Assembly: GCA_963703345.1 (NCBI GenBank)
Contig: OY969814.1
Location: 256,001-320,000 of the forward strand
DNA length: 64,000 nt
Reading direction: 5' to 3'
Origin: an uncultured Chloroflexia bacterium
GTDB lineage: Bacteria; Chloroflexota; Dehalococcoidia; DSTF01; JALHUB01
A model generated the notes under the pieces. The model was given only the letters and a program-made list of their open reading frames with translations. It did no database searches and had not been told where the DNA came from. Positions 61,599 to 64,000 of this stretch are shown piece by piece. Numbering within the stretch: position 1 is the stretch's first letter; each line of letters begins with the position of its first letter. Made by a program: the position numbers and the translations under genes.

Positions 61599-62528
61599 GT
61601 GGCAGCACGCTCCCTGTTCATCGTCAATCCCATCGCCAGAGGCGCGCCGCCTCTTGACGTGCTGCGCCTGGCCGCCGCCTGGCTGGAAGCGGAAGGCTGG
61701 GAGACGGAGTTCGTGTTGACGCAGCGAAAGGGGGAGGCCACAGGGGATGCCCGCCGCGCGTCTGAGTCAGGATGCGAAGTCGTGGTTGCCTGCGGCGGCG
61801 ACGGGACCGTCAACGAGGTCGCGAACGGGCTAGCAGGCAGTGAGACGGCGCTGGCGGTCATTCGCGGCGGCACGGCCAACGTCTGGGCGAAGGAGATCGG
61901 CGTGCCGCGCGATCCGATGTCGGCCGTGCGGCTGCTGACGGAGGGACGCCGGCGACGCGTTGACCTGGGCGTCGTGGAGTCGGCCGCCGGCGAATCGCGC
62001 TTCTTCCTGCTGATGGCGGGCATCGGCCTCGACGGACACGTCGTCGGGCGCGTGCCGGTGAGGCTGAAACGGCGATTCGGTGCCGTCGCCTACCTGGCCT
62101 ACGCTCTGGCCGACGGCCTGCGCTTTCGCCCTCAACCGGCGTCTATGGTCATCGACGGCGAGACCGTGACCGGCGATGTTCTGTGGCTGCTCGCCGGCAA
62201 CACGCGGTCGTACGGCGGACTGCTCAATATCACGCATCACGCCCAAGTCGACGACGGGCTTCTCGATATGTACGCGTTCATGGGCAGGAGCGTGGCGCGG
62301 AAGCTTGGTCTCTCGCTGCGTGTCCTGGCGCATCAGCACGACGGGGCTCCCGGCATCGAATATCGCCGCGGGCGCGAGGTGCGACTTTCCACGCCAGCGC
62401 CCATGGAGTGCCAGGTGGACGGCGAAGTCCTGGGCTTTGCGCCCCAGGTCGTTCGAGTGGCACCGCGGGCGTTGACCGTCGTCGTGCCGGATGTAAAGAA
62501 CGACCTCTTCGTCGGAGACGATGCCTGA
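61599..62528 (+). CDS. Diacylglycerol kinase family lipid kinase
   Basis: IVNP, GGDGTVNEVANG, GTAN, N...YGG, DDGLLD, QVDGE. Confidence 0.92.
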   Translation: MAARSLFIVNPIARGAPPLDVLRLAAAWLEAEGWETEFVLTQRKGEATGDARRASESGCEVVVACGGDGTVNEVANGLAGSETALAVIRGGTANVWAKEIGVPRDPMSAVRLLTEGRRRRVDLGVVESAAGESRFFLLMAGIGLDGHVVGRVPVRLKRRFGAVAYLAYALADGLRFRPQPASMVIDGETVTGDVLWLLAGNTRSYGGLLNITHHAQVDDGLLDMYAFMGRSVARKLGLSLRVLAHQHDGAPGIEYRRGREVRLSTPAPMECQVDGEVLGFAPQVVRVAPRALTVVVPDVKNDLFVGDDA

Positions 62529-63695
62529 CTAGGCGGCGAATACCTCTCCCGCCCTGACGGTGAAGACGCGGGCGTCCGGCAAGGCTCCCCGCGCGTACTC
62601 CTCCTCCGCTGAGGTTATCCAGACCTGGTCGAAGCCGGCGACGGCATCCAGCACGCCGCGGCGACGCGTCTCGTCCATCTCGGAAAGGACGTCGTCGAGG
62701 AGTAGGATGGGGCGGTCACCGGTAGAGGCGAGCAAGAAGCGGGCCTCGGCGAGTCGCAGGGCGAGGGCGGCGGTGCGGCGTTGCGCCCGCGAAGCGAAGG
62801 CGGCGGCGGGACGGCCGTCGAGGAGAAACAACAAGTCGTCGCGGTGGGGGCCCCAGAGCGACGCGCCGGCGGCTATCTCCTGCGGCCGCGAGCGGGACAG
62901 CGTATCGATAAACGCGGCGGCAAGCTCGCCTTCACTCTTGTTGAGAAGATCGTCCGCTGTCCAGTTGCGTCGCAAGCGGGGCTCGTAGACGAGGCGCAGC
63001 TCTTCGCGCTCGCCGCTCAGGGCGACGTGCGCTTCGGCGGCCAGAGCGGCCAGGCTGCGGGTCGACTCGGCGCGGGCGCGGACGATGTGGGCGCCGCTTT
63101 CGGCCATGCGCGACTCCCAGAACGAGAGCTCGTCGGCGCGGGCGAGGCCTTCGCGGAGGCGTCGCAGGAGGGCGTTTCGCTGGAGCATGACGCGGGCGTA
63201 TTCCTGGAGGGCGGTCAGGTAGCGGCTGCCGATCTGGGAGAGGGTAATGTCGAGGTAGCGGCGTCGGAGGGCGGGCGGCCCGCCGATGAGGTCGAGGTCC
63301 TGCGGGGTGAAGAAGACGGAGCTTATCTGGCCGACGACCTGCGCAGCGCGTTTGGGGGCGCCGTTGACGCGGAGTCGCTTGCCGGCGCGGGCGCTGCCGG
63401 GGGACGCTGTGTCGTCGGCGCCGCGGATCGCCATCTCGACGCGCACGGGGCCAGCGAGGCGCTCCGCTTCACCGACGACGCGGGCGACCGGGGGGCTTTC
63501 GGCGTCCCAGTTGATGAGGTCGCTGTCGCTGGCCGTCCGCGGCGAGCGCACCGTCGACAGCAGGTGGACGGCTTCGAGGAGGTTCGTCTTGCCCTGGGCG
63601 TTTTCGCCGAGGAAGAGCAGCAGGCCTGCCGGCAGGTCGAGCTCCAGGCGGCGATAGTTGCGGAAGTTGTCGAGAGTCAGGCGGGTAACGCGCAC
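62529..63695 (-). CDS. recF: DNA replication/repair protein RecF
   Basis: NFRNY, GENAQGKTNLLEA, P..RRRYLD, GPHRDD, LLLDDVLSEMD. Confidence 0.96.
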   Translation of the reverse strand: MRVTRLTLDNFRNYRRLELDLPAGLLLFLGENAQGKTNLLEAVHLLSTVRSPRTASDSDLINWDAESPPVARVVGEAERLAGPVRVEMAIRGADDTASPGSARAGKRLRVNGAPKRAAQVVGQISSVFFTPQDLDLIGGPPALRRRYLDITLSQIGSRYLTALQEYARVMLQRNALLRRLREGLARADELSFWESRMAESGAHIVRARAESTRSLAALAAEAHVALSGEREELRLVYEPRLRRNWTADDLLNKSEGELAAAFIDTLSRSRPQEIAAGASLWGPHRDDLLFLLDGRPAAAFASRAQRRTAALALRLAEARFLLASTGDRPILLLDDVLSEMDETRRRGVLDAVAGFDQVWITSAEEEYARGALPDARVFTVRAGEVFAA

Positions 63696-63749
63696 GGCCT
63701 CAGTCTACGCGAGGGAGCAGCGGCCCGCCAGCAGCACGACCGCGTTGGT

Positions 63750-64000
63750 CTACTGACCTTCCTGGCGACGGCGGCGCTTGAGGAACTCCTCGAGGTCTTT
63801 GATCAGCACTTCGCTGGGCGGCAGCGGGGGCAACTCGGCGTCCTCTTCGGACTCGCCGGCGGCGTCGGCTCGACGCTCCAGCTCCTGCAGGTAGGTCGCC
63901 GCTTCGGGGTTGGTGGCGATGATTGCGCTGACTTGCTGCTCGAAGCGCTGAACCGCGTGGTCGACGTCGTCGAGATCGAGGTCGAGGGAGAAGAGGGCGT
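63750..64000 (-). CDS. PAC2 (proteasome assembly chaperone) family protein, C-terminal part
   Basis: Manual translation ...LDLDDVDHAVQRFEQQVSAIIATNPEAATYLQELERRAD...PPSEVLIKDLEEFLKRRRQEGQ*; truncated by window. Confidence 0.6.
   Translation of the reverse strand, partial: ALFSLDLDLDDVDHAVQRFEQQVSAIIATNPEAATYLQELERRADAAGESEEDAELPPLPPSEVLIKDLEEFLKRRRRQEGQ

Overview
High-GC chromosomal window, most likely from a Dehalococcoidia-like Chloroflexota bacterium (inference from gene style and an AGAAC-N4-GTTCT-type SOS box). It is mostly housekeeping and metabolic genes: hom, rpsF-ssb-rpsR, malic enzyme, tyrA-aroA-gmk, a complete F1Fo atp operon followed by murA-mreB, rex, lipA/lipB, an AGPS-glpD-DAG kinase cluster, udgB, recF, tRNA-Arg(UCU) and tRNA-Thr(CGU). 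The most unusual part is the LexA-box-preceded imuB / small ImuB-C-like gene / dnaE2 mutagenesis cassette (54.9-60.0 kb), which carries several structured, frame-preserving insertions. A ~116 bp multi-hairpin element with compensatory base changes occurs both inside the dnaE2 PHP domain and in the imuB leader, an AT-rich ~100 bp palindromic insert sits inside imuB, and short palindromic inserts occur in dnaE2, imuB and a peptidase gene. Other points of interest are candidate Rex operators at the atp and rex promoters, a Cys-to-Asp (fosfomycin-insensitive type) MurA, three genes that appear to need CTG/ATA start codons, a papain-cohesin-dockerin protein with an adjacent dockerin remnant, and a DsbA-like protein with GxxC in place of CxxC. 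All family assignments come from motif recognition by eye; no searches were run.
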